DNA of 64,000 bases, from the NCBI GenBank assembly GCA_965216785.1, contig OZ244197.1:2816001-2880000 (forward strand), given 5' to 3'. This DNA comes from Thermodesulfobacteriota bacterium (lineage in GTDB: Bacteria > Desulfobacterota_D > UBA1144 > Nemesobacterales > UBA2774). This document shows positions 1-9,736 of the stretch, piece after piece. Positions within the stretch are counted from its first letter, which is position 1. Each line of letters starts with the position of its first letter. The position numbers and the translations under genes were made by a program. The notes beneath the pieces are model-generated. The model did no database searches. It saw only the letters and a program-made list of their open reading frames with translations, and was not told the origin of the DNA.

Positions 1-2
1 TA

Positions 3-374
3 CGTAGCCCGCTGTTGAACGTGAACCGTGCCTGCCAGACATGTCACCGCTTTTCAGAGGAGGAAATCAAAGAGCGTGTGGACGGCATACAGCAGCGCAA
101 CTTCGACCTCCTTCAGCGAGCGGGAGCCGCGCTTATGGAGCAGCTGGACGCCATAAATCAGGCAAGGGCAGAAGGCGCCACTGATGAGGACCTGAAAGAA
201 GCCCTCGAGCTTCAGCGAAAAGCGCAGTGGCGGCTAGATTTTATTGCCGCAGAGAACTCAATGGGCTTTCACGCTCCGCAGGAAGCGGCCCGTGTGCTTG
301 GCGAGGCTATTGATTACGCGTGGCAGGGGACTGTAGCTGCTTCGACTTGGCAGGATAAAACAGCACAGCAGTAA
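3..374 (+). CDS. nrfA: Ammonia-forming cytochrome c nitrite reductase (NrfA), C-terminal part; truncated by window start
   Basis: Frame open from base 3 ([15 protein letters not shown]). Last heme motif CQTCH plus the NrfA C-terminal signature [22 protein letters not shown]. Confidence 0.9.
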   Translation, partial: RSPLLNVNRACQTCHRFSEEEIKERVDGIQQRNFDLLQRAGAALMEQLDAINQARAEGATDEDLKEALELQRKAQWRLDFIAAENSMGFHAPQEAARVLGEAIDYAWQGTVAASTWQDKTAQQ

Positions 375-436
375 GCACAGTACATTTTCTGGAGTGCCGT
401 TCATATCCGCCGCCTTGATGAGTCTGGATAGTAAAG

Positions 437-838
437 TTAGTTGTGGTTCTTCTCAATAATCCGATGATGATAAACGGATGGGATGTCCCATGCTTCAGCA
501 ATTTTACCTTCGATAATCCGCCAGACAACAACGACATCAAATTCTATTGTATTGCCTTCTATAGTTATGCGGTTACAGGTCTGGGTTACGACCAGTTCGT
601 CTCCAACAGCGCGAGCATCGATCACGGATACGTAAAAACTATCATTACTCATCTCAGCCAGCTTTGCGAAGAAATCCTTAAGCTCCTCAAGACCGTTATA
701 GTCTCCTTGCAGATCAGGAAGCATAGGATTGAAATAGTGCCAAATAAAATTGTCCGCAAAAATGTCAGCACATGCATCCAGATCCCGGATATCGATTTTC
801 TCTAGAATTGAGATATTTGATTTTATTGAATCAGTCAT
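437..838 (-). CDS. SnoaL-like / NTF2-fold protein
   Basis: 133 aa; IFADNFIWH ... VVVWRIIEGKIAEAW pattern typical of SnoaL_2. Confidence 0.75.
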   Translation of the reverse strand: MTDSIKSNISILEKIDIRDLDACADIFADNFIWHYFNPMLPDLQGDYNGLEELKDFFAKLAEMSNDSFYVSVIDARAVGDELVVTQTCNRITIEGNTIEFDVVVVWRIIEGKIAEAWDIPSVYHHRIIEKNHN

Positions 839-1075
839 TTTTGCTTCTTACAATTGTCCAAAAATTTGTTATTCATAATCCAAGAATGAACCCTTGAAAC
901 AAACAGTTCCGGGCTTTATTCTGACCATTCATGCTAAAGCTCAGGCACAATCCGCGCTTCACCATTTGGCAGATGTTGTTCTAGCATACCACATATTAAA
1001 TTTATGCTATAAGAGTGTGGAATGTTCCTATTAAAACCCGGGAAACAGATGACGGGGTAAAAGAAAAATTCACTA

Positions 1076-1504
1076 CTAATCTTCGATGTTATCGTGAAGG
1101 TACCTGATGAGGTCTGTCGTGGTGACTATACCAGAGAGATCGCCCTTATGATCAACAACGATAATCGAATGGAATGAGCTATCGCTGAGCAGTCTTGCTA
1201 CATCCTTAACAGTCGCTGTTTCCTCATCAAGTATCACAAGGTTTGTGGTCATGACTTCGGAGAGCTTATACGTATTGTCCAGCAGTACGTCTAGCATTCT
1301 CTGATCAGTTGAGTCTACGTTGAATATGAGCTTGAAAACATCCTGGCTCGATAGTATGCCTACGGGTTTTGACCCTCTTAATACGGGGACGTGGTGGATG
1401 GAGTTTTCTCTGAATATCGCGGTTACGTCACTAAGGTTCTGGTTTTCGTGAACACTAATTACTTCTGAGCTTGAGATTTCCTTTATGCTTTTGTTTTCTA
1501 TCAT
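1076..1504 (-). CDS. CBS-domain pair protein
   Basis: Two CBS repeats (IHHVPVL...VGILSSQD; FHSIIVVD...LSGIVTTTDL). ATG at 1504 follows a purine-rich RBS; the ORF track extends to 1534. Confidence 0.85.
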   Translation of the reverse strand: MIENKSIKEISSSEVISVHENQNLSDVTAIFRENSIHHVPVLRGSKPVGILSSQDVFKLIFNVDSTDQRMLDVLLDNTYKLSEVMTTNLVILDEETATVKDVARLLSDSSFHSIIVVDHKGDLSGIVTTTDLIRYLHDNIED

Positions 1505-1618
1505 GTTGAATTCCCCCATTTTGAAATTGGACAACCGGAGTATACCTAATTGTAGAGGCTAGTAAATATATTACGGACCAGAAATTGGCTTGGAGAGGAT
1601 AATCTTTTTAAATTGAAT

Positions 1619-1664
1619 GCGCGCCCGGAGGGATTCGAACCCCCGACCTACGGATTAGAAGTCC
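1619..1664 (-). repeat. att site: 46-bp duplicate of the 3' half of tRNA-Arg(TCT)
   Basis: gcgcgcccggagggattcgaacccccgacctacggattagaagtcc is identical to 13285-13330. It starts at the anticodon arm and lacks the 5' half and full CCA. Confidence 0.95.
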
Positions 1665-1681
1665 TATTTAGGCTAAAATGG

Positions 1682-1724
1682 CAAGTTACTGATATCAATG
1701 AAAATTGGGTTAAGTTGTTGAATT
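1682..1724. promoter_or_regulatory. Two IHF-consensus-like sites inside the left att end
   Basis: CAAGTTACTGATA (1682) and TAAGTTGTTGAAT (1711) each differ at one position from YAANNNNTTGATW. Confidence 0.5.
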
Positions 1725-1789
1725 TCATGGGTAATTTTCCGATACATGAAGTTACATAGGGTTCATGAAAAACTGATAATTCCGGATGG

Positions 1790-1809
1790 TTCTTTGGCTA
1801 TTCTTTGGT
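1790..1809. repeat. Tandem arm-type repeat (left end)
   Basis: ttctttggc-ta-ttctttggt; matched by ttctttgac-ta-ttctttgac at 13207-13226. Confidence 0.65.
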
Positions 1810-1883
1810 AAAAAGAAAGGGGCCTTTGAGACAAGGTGTGAGCTCTATGAATTCACATCCTTTGAGTTGTTCTGGACATTTAA

Positions 1884-3395
1884 TCATTCCCTAACCTTTT
1901 TTAAAGAGTATAAAATTACACGTGTGTTTCTACTAACCTCAAATTCTCTTTCCTCCGTTATGCGGTAAAGGCTATTCTTATGTTGATATGAGGATTTCTG
2001 GCGGTTAACAAAATTCTTTTCGCCCAGAACGACCCAAAAATGATCAATATTCTCGAGTGCGCAATATTTAAACAGCATTGAAGGGTCTATTTTATGTTTA
2101 GGAAGTTTGCAGTATTTAAAATTTCCTCTATTGTAAAAATTAAAGCTGGGAAGGTTTAAAAAAGAGATTAGCACAATAGAGGTTTTGCCATAATCTTTTT
2201 CCTTGATATATGAGCCTACTTCTCTCCAATCTTTCCTGGATGGTTTTGTATGGTGAGTGTATAAACCGGATGAAATCAATATTAAGAATGCAATTAGAAT
2301 TATACCGAGAGGCACAACTTTATTTAGTTTTGTTAAAATCAGCGCCGTCAAAATATAAAATGCCGGAGCTGAGCATATTAAATACCGATCAAGGTACATA
2401 GGCTTTATAACCTCCGACATTATCAGAACTAATAGTATTGGAACAAACAGCCAAAGCACTACAAGCAAAGTCTCGCTTTTAATTTTCCAGATCGTCTTAT
2501 ATCCCGAGAAAAATTGTTTAAGCGATTTTAACCATTTCTTTTTCCCGGTAAATAATATGTAGGTTAGTGTTCCTATCAATAAAAATAGGACAGCAATGTA
2601 AAAAGTTGTAGAATCATGAGCTCCGAACGCCGGACTCATAAACCTTTTGATTGTGTTAATCGGTGCCCACGGCCCGGGAGAAGGTATCCAGTTTGGACCG
2701 CCTCCACCGATAGCTTTATTGCTGAAAGAATATATAAACCTTGGGGCAATACCGAGTAATATGATGAACTGACTAAAAACCCATTTAAGAATGATTGGTC
2801 TAAGCGATTTAATTTTGATTAGTACGTATAGATTTTGTGCGGCGATGATGAAAACGCCGAAGTCGTGGCTATAATAGAGCAGGATTGTTGATAATATATA
2901 CAGCGCGGCATAAAAATATGATTTTGAGCGTAAAAACTGGATATAGAAATAAAATGAGACCAGTGTCAGAAATTCAAAAAGACTGTAATATCTAAGCTCC
3001 TGGGAAAAGTGAATTTGGAACACAGACACGGACATAAAAAATGCGCTAATCACCCCGATCTTTCTGTCAAATAAAGTCTTTCCTACAATATAGATCAATA
3101 CAATCGAAAATACTCCGAAAATGACTGATAAAGAACGGGCCGCGACTTCAGAATACCCGAAATTCCCGATCCAGAAGTGCGCAAGAACTAGGTAAAGCGG
3201 GGGTCTCTTACCTGTTAGTATTGAGCTTAAACTTTCATGCGCGACCTCAAGCGTGATAATCTCATCGTACCAGTAAAACTGCTCGCTAAGCCCATGTACT
3301 CTCAAGAAAGTGCCGACAAGCAAAACAAAAAAGAGAAGATAAAAGATCTTACCATTGCTCTTAAAAAAAGAAGCTGTAGCGTTAATAAGTTTCAA
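1884..3395 (-). CDS. GT-C fold membrane glycosyltransferase (PMT_2/GT39/ArnT-like)
   Basis: Multi-TM 503 aa; first-loop WYDE motif, RPPLY, ARSLSVIFG, SQELRYY. Confidence 0.85.
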   Translation of the reverse strand: MKLINATASFFKSNGKIFYLLFFVLLVGTFLRVHGLSEQFYWYDEIITLEVAHESLSSILTGKRPPLYLVLAHFWIGNFGYSEVAARSLSVIFGVFSIVLIYIVGKTLFDRKIGVISAFFMSVSVFQIHFSQELRYYSLFEFLTLVSFYFYIQFLRSKSYFYAALYILSTILLYYSHDFGVFIIAAQNLYVLIKIKSLRPIILKWVFSQFIILLGIAPRFIYSFSNKAIGGGGPNWIPSPGPWAPINTIKRFMSPAFGAHDSTTFYIAVLFLLIGTLTYILFTGKKKWLKSLKQFFSGYKTIWKIKSETLLVVLWLFVPILLVLIMSEVIKPMYLDRYLICSAPAFYILTALILTKLNKVVPLGIILIAFLILISSGLYTHHTKPSRKDWREVGSYIKEKDYGKTSIVLISFLNLPSFNFYNRGNFKYCKLPKHKIDPSMLFKYCALENIDHFWVVLGEKNFVNRQKSSYQHKNSLYRITEEREFEVSRNTRVILYSLKKVRE

Positions 3396-4351
3396 GAAGT
3401 CCTCCCGTTTACTATGAGAGCTCTCGCCTCGAATAACCCGCCCAGAAGACCGGGGACGATCCGTGTTACAGCAAACACTAGTATTGAGTAAGCAAACGCA
3501 CTGCTATCGCTAACGCCGAAAGTGCCCAGGAGAATTATAAATGAAGCCTCTCTTAAGCCCATGCCGGATATTGATATAGGGATCATCGTTACGAGTACCA
3601 CAAGGGACCTGATCCAGGCAATTGTTATAATCGATATATCAATGTCGATCGACTTTAGCAGAAGAAAAAATACAACTACGTTAATTAGCTGTGAAGCAAG
3701 CGAAATTTCGATCATAAATAAAAGAGTTTTATAAGATAGCTTTCCAAGACCTGATAAGCTGTCAGCGAATCTATTCAATTTTTGAGATTCATATACGCTA
3801 TTCACTAAACTCAATAACCATTTTATGATCCTTTGATTTCTGTCTATGAATAAGAGTAAACAAAAACATGTAAGGCTGATTAAGATAAAAATCATGAACA
3901 GAACGTATATGCTTAAATCTTTAGGAAAACTGAGTATCCAGAAAAATAGGCCTACAAGACACAGGGCCACAGTCGCAAATACTCTTTCCAGAGCGAGGGA
4001 AATGAACGCTTCTGAGAGTTTATTGTCTTTTCTCGACAACTTGTAAAACTTAATAATTCCTCCCGTCACGTTCCCGCCGGGCAGAAAAAGTCCGTAAAAA
4101 ATTGTGCTTAGATTAATCTCAAACGCTTGAAATGTTGATATGTAGAGTCCATTCAGGGCTGAGAAGTATTTTAGCCTGTAAGAAGTTACAGCCCAAGCTA
4201 GAAGAGTAAAAATGACAGCTGGAATCACATAATGTAGTTTGGCGGTTATGAGGGAGTTAAGGACATCCTGAATGTTGATTTTAGTGAAGAGGAATACTAT
4301 TATTGCTATAGCAACTGTAAACCTTAGGATAGTCCAGATTCTCTTGCTCAT
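3392..4351 (-). CDS. Lysylphosphatidylglycerol-synthase-TM / flippase-like membrane protein (UPF0104)
   Basis: Multi-TM; FLPGGNVTGG, ERVF and IPISISGMGLRE motifs; ATGA overlap with the downstream GT-C gene. Confidence 0.8.
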   Translation of the reverse strand: MSKRIWTILRFTVAIAIIVFLFTKINIQDVLNSLITAKLHYVIPAVIFTLLAWAVTSYRLKYFSALNGLYISTFQAFEINLSTIFYGLFLPGGNVTGGIIKFYKLSRKDNKLSEAFISLALERVFATVALCLVGLFFWILSFPKDLSIYVLFMIFILISLTCFCLLLFIDRNQRIIKWLLSLVNSVYESQKLNRFADSLSGLGKLSYKTLLFMIEISLASQLINVVVFFLLLKSIDIDISIITIAWIRSLVVLVTMIPISISGMGLREASFIILLGTFGVSDSSAFAYSILVFAVTRIVPGLLGGLFEARALIVNGRTS

Positions 4352-4440
4352 TGAATATCATGCTGCCTTATGAGTACTTTGTACTGAAAACAATCAGCTT
4401 CATGGTTCACACAGTCTAACCCTGAAAACTTCTTTATCTG

Positions 4441-5655
4441 TTATAGATGAAAAGCCTTGGTTCCTTTTAGAGCGCCAGATTGATCATATCCGAGAAGATT
4501 TAAGATTGAGGGTACGATATCTATGGTTTGAATTTCTTCACTATAGGCATTGTATTTATCATTCAAAATAATAAAAGTGCCCTTCTCACTGTCATTATGT
4601 GGCAGGTAACCGTGGTTCCCCCTATGTGCTGGGTTGAATAACCTGCTCCTTGCCTGTTCATTTGTAAGACCTAGATAAAAATTCCCAATCGGATGGTAAA
4701 AATCATTAGGAAAAAAGATAGTGCCGGGGTTTAAGACGTAGTAGTATTCACCGAAGCGGTCATCTTCAAATTTGATATTGAATTTTTCCATATCTTGCCG
4801 GCTTAGTAAGTTTCCATCTTTATTTTTCGAGAGATAATCGAGCATCTTTTCCTTTGCACTATCCGAATGAAACCAGAACCTGGCTTTAGGTGCTTCTATG
4901 TAATATGTAATCTCCGTATCTTTAATTCCCATTTCTTGAATTTTTTGTTTTATATTAACCGTATTTTTCACCTGCTCCATACCATGCTCGGACAAGATCA
5001 TTAAAGTTATCCCGTTTTTGTCACATTCTGAATGCAGAAATTTAATATAGCTATCAATCTTATTGTGTGAATCGATCATTATTTGCTTATCGTTAACGTA
5101 CCAGTGTGAGATTGTATCGATTGCATGAGTCTCAATTAACTCAAATCTAAGGTCTTTGTTAAATAACTCCGGGCTTATCTTGTCTAATTTGCGAAGCTCT
5201 CGATTGTATATATAACTGCTATGTCTTTGTCCGATCATGTTAAATAAAGTGTCATGTCCGCTTAGTGTGAGATAGTTGTTTAGAACTTTCTTATCATATC
5301 TAGTCTTGAGGATTTCGAAGCGCTTACGTCTCCAATAGGGAACGGCAGCCAAATTATATGATCCTGTAAGCATATGAATGAAGCATTGAGTGGTTGTAGT
5401 TACAATATCGGGCATGTAGTCAATCGAGGAGTTTGAGTGAGAAATGTCATTTGACTTTAACCGAACCTGACAAATGCCATGTTCGTGAGGATAAAGTCCG
5501 GTAAGAATAGTAGGGTCAAGGTCAACTTCGGGAAAGTTGGTAATCCTGGTCCAAGGGAATTCTTCCATTAGGCTGTATAAATATGGAGTATGTTCATCAT
5601 CAATTCTTCTGTGGTCCAGCGCGCTAACAAAGAAAACCATTAATTTGTCTATCAT
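4441..5655 (-). CDS. Alkaline-phosphatase superfamily (type I phosphodiesterase/NPP-like) protein, paralog 3 of 3
   Basis: TGLYPHEHGI, DxxxH (DTISH), SEHG, GNHGY, IDIVPSILNLLG; 404 aa; no signal peptide. Confidence 0.8.
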   Translation of the reverse strand: MIDKLMVFFVSALDHRRIDDEHTPYLYSLMEEFPWTRITNFPEVDLDPTILTGLYPHEHGICQVRLKSNDISHSNSSIDYMPDIVTTTTQCFIHMLTGSYNLAAVPYWRRKRFEILKTRYDKKVLNNYLTLSGHDTLFNMIGQRHSSYIYNRELRKLDKISPELFNKDLRFELIETHAIDTISHWYVNDKQIMIDSHNKIDSYIKFLHSECDKNGITLMILSEHGMEQVKNTVNIKQKIQEMGIKDTEITYYIEAPKARFWFHSDSAKEKMLDYLSKNKDGNLLSRQDMEKFNIKFEDDRFGEYYYVLNPGTIFFPNDFYHPIGNFYLGLTNEQARSRLFNPAHRGNHGYLPHNDSEKGTFIILNDKYNAYSEEIQTIDIVPSILNLLGYDQSGALKGTKAFHL

Positions 5656-5677
5656 TCTATATCTCCATCAAAAACCG

Positions 5678-6892
5678 CTAAAAATCAAAAGCGCTTTTAC
5701 CCTTTAATGGCTCGGGTTTATTGTAGCCTAATAAGTTAAGAATTGTTGGAGCAAAATCTATAGTTTCAATTTCTTTTTCACTCGTTTTATAACTGTTATC
5801 AAGAAGAATAAGGAACCCTTTTTCACATTCATTATAGGGCATATAGCCGTGGTATCCCCTGTATAGAGGGCTGCGGAACCTGCTCCTCTGCTGTTTTTCT
5901 GTTAGTCCCAGGTATAGGTTTGCTATGGGATGGTAATAATCATTCGGGAAAAAGATATTCCCCGGGTTTAATACAAAATAGTATTCACCGAAACTGCCGT
6001 CCTCGAATTTAATATTGTATTCATGCATGTCTCGATAGCTTAGCAGCACTCCATCAGGATTATTAGAGAGATAATCGAGCATCTTCTCCTTTGCGCTGCC
6101 CGAATGAAACCAGAATCTCGCCTTAGGGGCTTCAACAAAGTAAGTCATTTCGTTGTTTCTAATTCCCATCTCATGAATTTTTTGTTTTATATTGACTGTG
6201 TTTTTCACAACCTCCATGCCATGATCGGCTAAGATCATCAGTGTTACGCCTCTTCTTTCGCTTTCGGAATGCAGGAATTCAATATAACTGTCCACCTTTT
6301 TATACGAATCGATCATGAGTTGCTGATTATCCATAAACCAGTGCTCCGTTCTATCGAGACCATAGTCCTCGAATAACTCAAATCTAAGATCGCTACTAAA
6401 TGAGCTAGGTACTATTTGATCGAGTTTATCCAGCTCTGGATTGAAAATGAAATTACAATTACCTTCTCCTAGTATGTTAAAGATAGTGTCGTAACCGTTT
6501 ATTTTAAGATACGTCCTAACTTCTTTTTTAAGGTATCTTGTCTTAAATATTTCAAAGCGCTTACGTCTCCAGTATGGAACCGCAGCCAAATTATATGATC
6601 CTGTAAGCATATGAATGAAGCATTGAGTTGTAGTCGTAACTATGTCGGGCAAGTAATCAAAAGCGGATTTTGTAATTAAATTTTCTTTTGACTTCAAACG
6701 AACCTGCCAAATTCCATGCTCGTCTGGATAACGACCGGTCAATAAAGTCGGGATAAGATCTGATTCGGGAATGTTATTAATTTTGGTCCAAGGATATTTC
6801 TCCATTATGCTGTATAAATAAGGAGTATGGTGTTGATTGACTCTTCTCAGATCAAGTGAACTTCCAAAGAAAATCAATAATTTTTCTATCAT
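5678..6892 (-). CDS. Alkaline-phosphatase superfamily (NPP-like) protein, paralog 2 of 3
   Basis: TGRYPDEHGI, DRTEH, ADHG, GYHGY, IDFAPTILNLLG; 404 aa. Confidence 0.8.
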   Translation of the reverse strand: MIEKLLIFFGSSLDLRRVNQHHTPYLYSIMEKYPWTKINNIPESDLIPTLLTGRYPDEHGIWQVRLKSKENLITKSAFDYLPDIVTTTTQCFIHMLTGSYNLAAVPYWRRKRFEIFKTRYLKKEVRTYLKINGYDTIFNILGEGNCNFIFNPELDKLDQIVPSSFSSDLRFELFEDYGLDRTEHWFMDNQQLMIDSYKKVDSYIEFLHSESERRGVTLMILADHGMEVVKNTVNIKQKIHEMGIRNNEMTYFVEAPKARFWFHSGSAKEKMLDYLSNNPDGVLLSYRDMHEYNIKFEDGSFGEYYFVLNPGNIFFPNDYYHPIANLYLGLTEKQQRSRFRSPLYRGYHGYMPYNECEKGFLILLDNSYKTSEKEIETIDFAPTILNLLGYNKPEPLKGKSAFDF

Positions 6893-6913
6893 TCGTAGTA
6901 CCAGTCAATAAAA

Positions 6914-8128
6914 TTAAAGATGATAAGCACTATTGCCCTTTAATGAATCCGGTTTCTGATAACCTAATAAGTTAAGAACAGTTGGTGCTACATCTATTAT
7001 TTCAATTTCTTTTCTGTTTGGTTCATAGTCCTCATCAAGGAGCATAACAAAGCCTTTCTCGCACTCGTTATGGGGAAGATGCCCATGATACGATCTATAG
7101 ACGGGGCTCTTTAGCCTGCTCCTCATGTTTTGGTTTGTGAGTCCCAAGTATATGTTCGCAAGCGGGTGGTGAAAATCGGTCGGAAAGAATATCGTACCGG
7201 GATTTGTTATGAAATAATATTCTCCATAGCTGTCGTTGTTGAATTTTATATTGTATCTGTGTAACTCTTCAAAATGGAGTAACTTTCCTTTGTCCAGTTC
7301 CGAAAGATAGCTCAACATCTTTTCCCTGGCGCTGTCCGTGTGAAACCAGAACCTTGCCTTAGAAGCCTCAATTAGATAGCTAATTTCATGTTTTTGGATT
7401 CCCAATTCCTTTATTGTAGCCGCTATATCGATTGTATCTTTGACCTCAGCATGGCCATGATCACTCAATATCATGACTGAAATACCCCTTCTCTCACATT
7501 GTCCATGCATGTTTTTTATACAGTTATCGATCTTTTTATAAGCGTCGATCATCATATCTTCGTCATCAATATTCCAATGCGTAAAATGATCTGTCCCGTG
7601 CCCATCAAAAACCTCAAGCTTCTTATTTTTAATAAATTGAGGGTTGATCTCGCCTATCATTATGTGAAACCTGTCCTCATAGTGATAGTTACAGTTTTTG
7701 TCTCCAAGGATTTTAAAGATAGAATCTACTCCGTTAAAAGTGAACTGAGCGTTTGAGTTTCTCCACCAGTACTTGGTTTTATAAATATCAAAACGCCTTC
7801 GTCTCCAGTCAGGTACGCCCGCAAGGTCAAATTTTCCGTTAACAGCGTGTATGAAACATTGAAAGGTTGTTGAGAATATGTCAGGTAGATAATCCCATAT
7901 TTTTTTCGTATCAAAATCACGGTCATCTTTTAGGCGTGCCTGCCACATACCGTGCTCGTTGGGATAACAGCCCGACCACATCGTAGTCTTCATATCTACG
8001 TCCGGTATCGTGTTTATCTTAATCATCGGATATTTTCCTGTCAGGCTGTACAGATATGGTGTAATATCTGTAGTGACTTTCCTATAATCCATGCCACTAA
8101 AATACAGAATTATTAACTTATCAATCAT
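6914..8128 (-). CDS. Alkaline-phosphatase superfamily (NPP-like) protein, paralog 1 of 3
   Basis: SGCYPNEHGM, DHFTH, SDHG, SYHGH, IDVAPTVLNLLG; 404 aa. Confidence 0.8.
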   Translation of the reverse strand: MIDKLIILYFSGMDYRKVTTDITPYLYSLTGKYPMIKINTIPDVDMKTTMWSGCYPNEHGMWQARLKDDRDFDTKKIWDYLPDIFSTTFQCFIHAVNGKFDLAGVPDWRRRRFDIYKTKYWWRNSNAQFTFNGVDSIFKILGDKNCNYHYEDRFHIMIGEINPQFIKNKKLEVFDGHGTDHFTHWNIDDEDMMIDAYKKIDNCIKNMHGQCERRGISVMILSDHGHAEVKDTIDIAATIKELGIQKHEISYLIEASKARFWFHTDSAREKMLSYLSELDKGKLLHFEELHRYNIKFNNDSYGEYYFITNPGTIFFPTDFHHPLANIYLGLTNQNMRSRLKSPVYRSYHGHLPHNECEKGFVMLLDEDYEPNRKEIEIIDVAPTVLNLLGYQKPDSLKGNSAYHL

Positions 8129-8188
8129 AGCATTTCCTATTAAAAACCGGTTTTATATTCTTACTAAATACATTTAGCACAAGCCAGT

Positions 8189-9733
8189 TTAATGAAAGAT
8201 TGGTAATCTTGATATTACCTCAGCTTCCTCTTTATTTCTCGTACTGTTATCCCAATTAAGCTCCTTTGCCATAACTTCTGAATATTGCTTTAAATTAGTC
8301 CTTATCTCCTCAAAATCTAAGTCTAAGCGACGGAAAACAATGTCTGATAGCTTCCGGGCCATTTCTTCCCTTATGGCAAAAACAATTTGAGAGCTTACTA
8401 TAGAGTTTTTCTTATTCTCCATATTAGAGTTATCCTGAAGATTGCTTATGTTACCTGAGTATGGAGTAGCTAATCCGGTCAGAGAAGACCTAAACGTTTT
8501 TCCCATTTTGGTCATAATCAAATCTACACATTCCTCAGCCACTATTCTGGCTTCTGTGTATTTGGAGCCTCTTGCGGAGAAAAGTCCGCCGGGACCGTTT
8601 TCCTTTTCATGATCAAGTAGGTGAGTTCTTACACCTATTTTAGGTTTTCCATCATTTACTGAATAGGTGGGCACATAACCGCCGTACACAAATTCAACAT
8701 CGTCAGTCTTTAAAGAAGCGGCCGGATAGCAGGTATTGATATCATCCAGAAAAGAGCCTATTTCCTCGAGAGTTTCTTTAAAATTGTCCGGATCGTCATT
8801 TGAAGGCAGATATTCCGTCCCAATTAATGACTTGCCCTTCCAGGGTGTGATAAATAGATAACGGGATTTCTTTGAGAATATGCTTTGTATAGTAGGGTTT
8901 TTTATTTTCGTATTTAGTCCGAGTGCATACCCTTTTGTTAAATCTCTTCTAATTGCGAGATTGAATGCTTTTAAATTCCCCGAGCTCGCCAATGAAGAGT
9001 TTATCCCTGTACGAGAGGGTATATAGTTTAACCATGGCCCTGATGAGTTTACGGTAAATTTTGCACGAATCTCGAATTCATCTCTAGTTATTATGTCTCT
9101 GACAAAAGCTCCCTTTACTCTGTTATTTTTTATATTTAAGCCTAGGGCTTGCACATAGTTGGCTAAATTAGCGCCTTCTTCAAATGCTGAAGCTGCAATT
9201 GTGAGGCTAAAATGCTCAGAGTTTGACAGCTGGCAGTCGGTGAATATAATTCCGCCGCTGAGGTTATTTTTTTCTATATCGGGAATCATGTCTATGCACT
9301 CTTCTCTTGTGATAACCCGGTTATTGAATTTCTCTAAACCGCTGTGCTTTGATGCTCCAAGACCTATAGCTAAGAGATCATAAACTTTTAAAGCTGCGTC
9401 GAAGGATTTTTTTGTGAAAAAGTTGCTGTTATAAAGCGGTATTATTACCGGCATTGGTCTTACAAGATGTGGGGCGAGCTTCATTAAGATTCTCTGTTCC
9501 TTCATGAACCTCCTGGTACTGCTGAAATCAAGATATTGGATGTGTCTAAAGCCTCCGTGAATTATCCTGAGTGAATTGGAAGACGTGGCGCCCCCAAAGT
9601 CTCCTTTATCAATTAGTGCTACGGAGAGTCCCCTGAGCGCAGCGTCCCAAGCAATAAAGAGTCCGAGTATGCCTCCTCCTATAATAAGAATGTCATACTC
9701 TCTGTCTTTTAATTGTTCTAATCGTCTCTTCAT
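8189..9733 (-). CDS. FAD-dependent glycerol-3-phosphate dehydrogenase/oxidase-like protein (GlpD/GlpO family)
   Basis: DILIIGGGILG, DAALRGLSVALIDKGDFGGATSSNSLRIIHGGFR, APHLVRP, C-terminal EEMARKLSDIVFRR. Confidence 0.85.
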   Translation of the reverse strand: MKRRLEQLKDREYDILIIGGGILGLFIAWDAALRGLSVALIDKGDFGGATSSNSLRIIHGGFRHIQYLDFSSTRRFMKEQRILMKLAPHLVRPMPVIIPLYNSNFFTKKSFDAALKVYDLLAIGLGASKHSGLEKFNNRVITREECIDMIPDIEKNNLSGGIIFTDCQLSNSEHFSLTIAASAFEEGANLANYVQALGLNIKNNRVKGAFVRDIITRDEFEIRAKFTVNSSGPWLNYIPSRTGINSSLASSGNLKAFNLAIRRDLTKGYALGLNTKIKNPTIQSIFSKKSRYLFITPWKGKSLIGTEYLPSNDDPDNFKETLEEIGSFLDDINTCYPAASLKTDDVEFVYGGYVPTYSVNDGKPKIGVRTHLLDHEKENGPGGLFSARGSKYTEARIVAEECVDLIMTKMGKTFRSSLTGLATPYSGNISNLQDNSNMENKKNSIVSSQIVFAIREEMARKLSDIVFRRLDLDFEEIRTNLKQYSEVMAKELNWDNSTRNKEEAEVISRLPIFH

Positions 9734-9736
9734 TTC

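Noticed and set aside
1619-1664. Second tRNA-Arg gene
   Set aside because: Only the 3' half is present (no D-arm or 5' acceptor strand), so it is an att remnant.
8189-9733. Calling this gene glpD for glycerol catabolism
   Set aside because: It is embedded in a glycosylation operon without glpK/glpF and has a divergent substrate-side motif, so the symbol is withheld.
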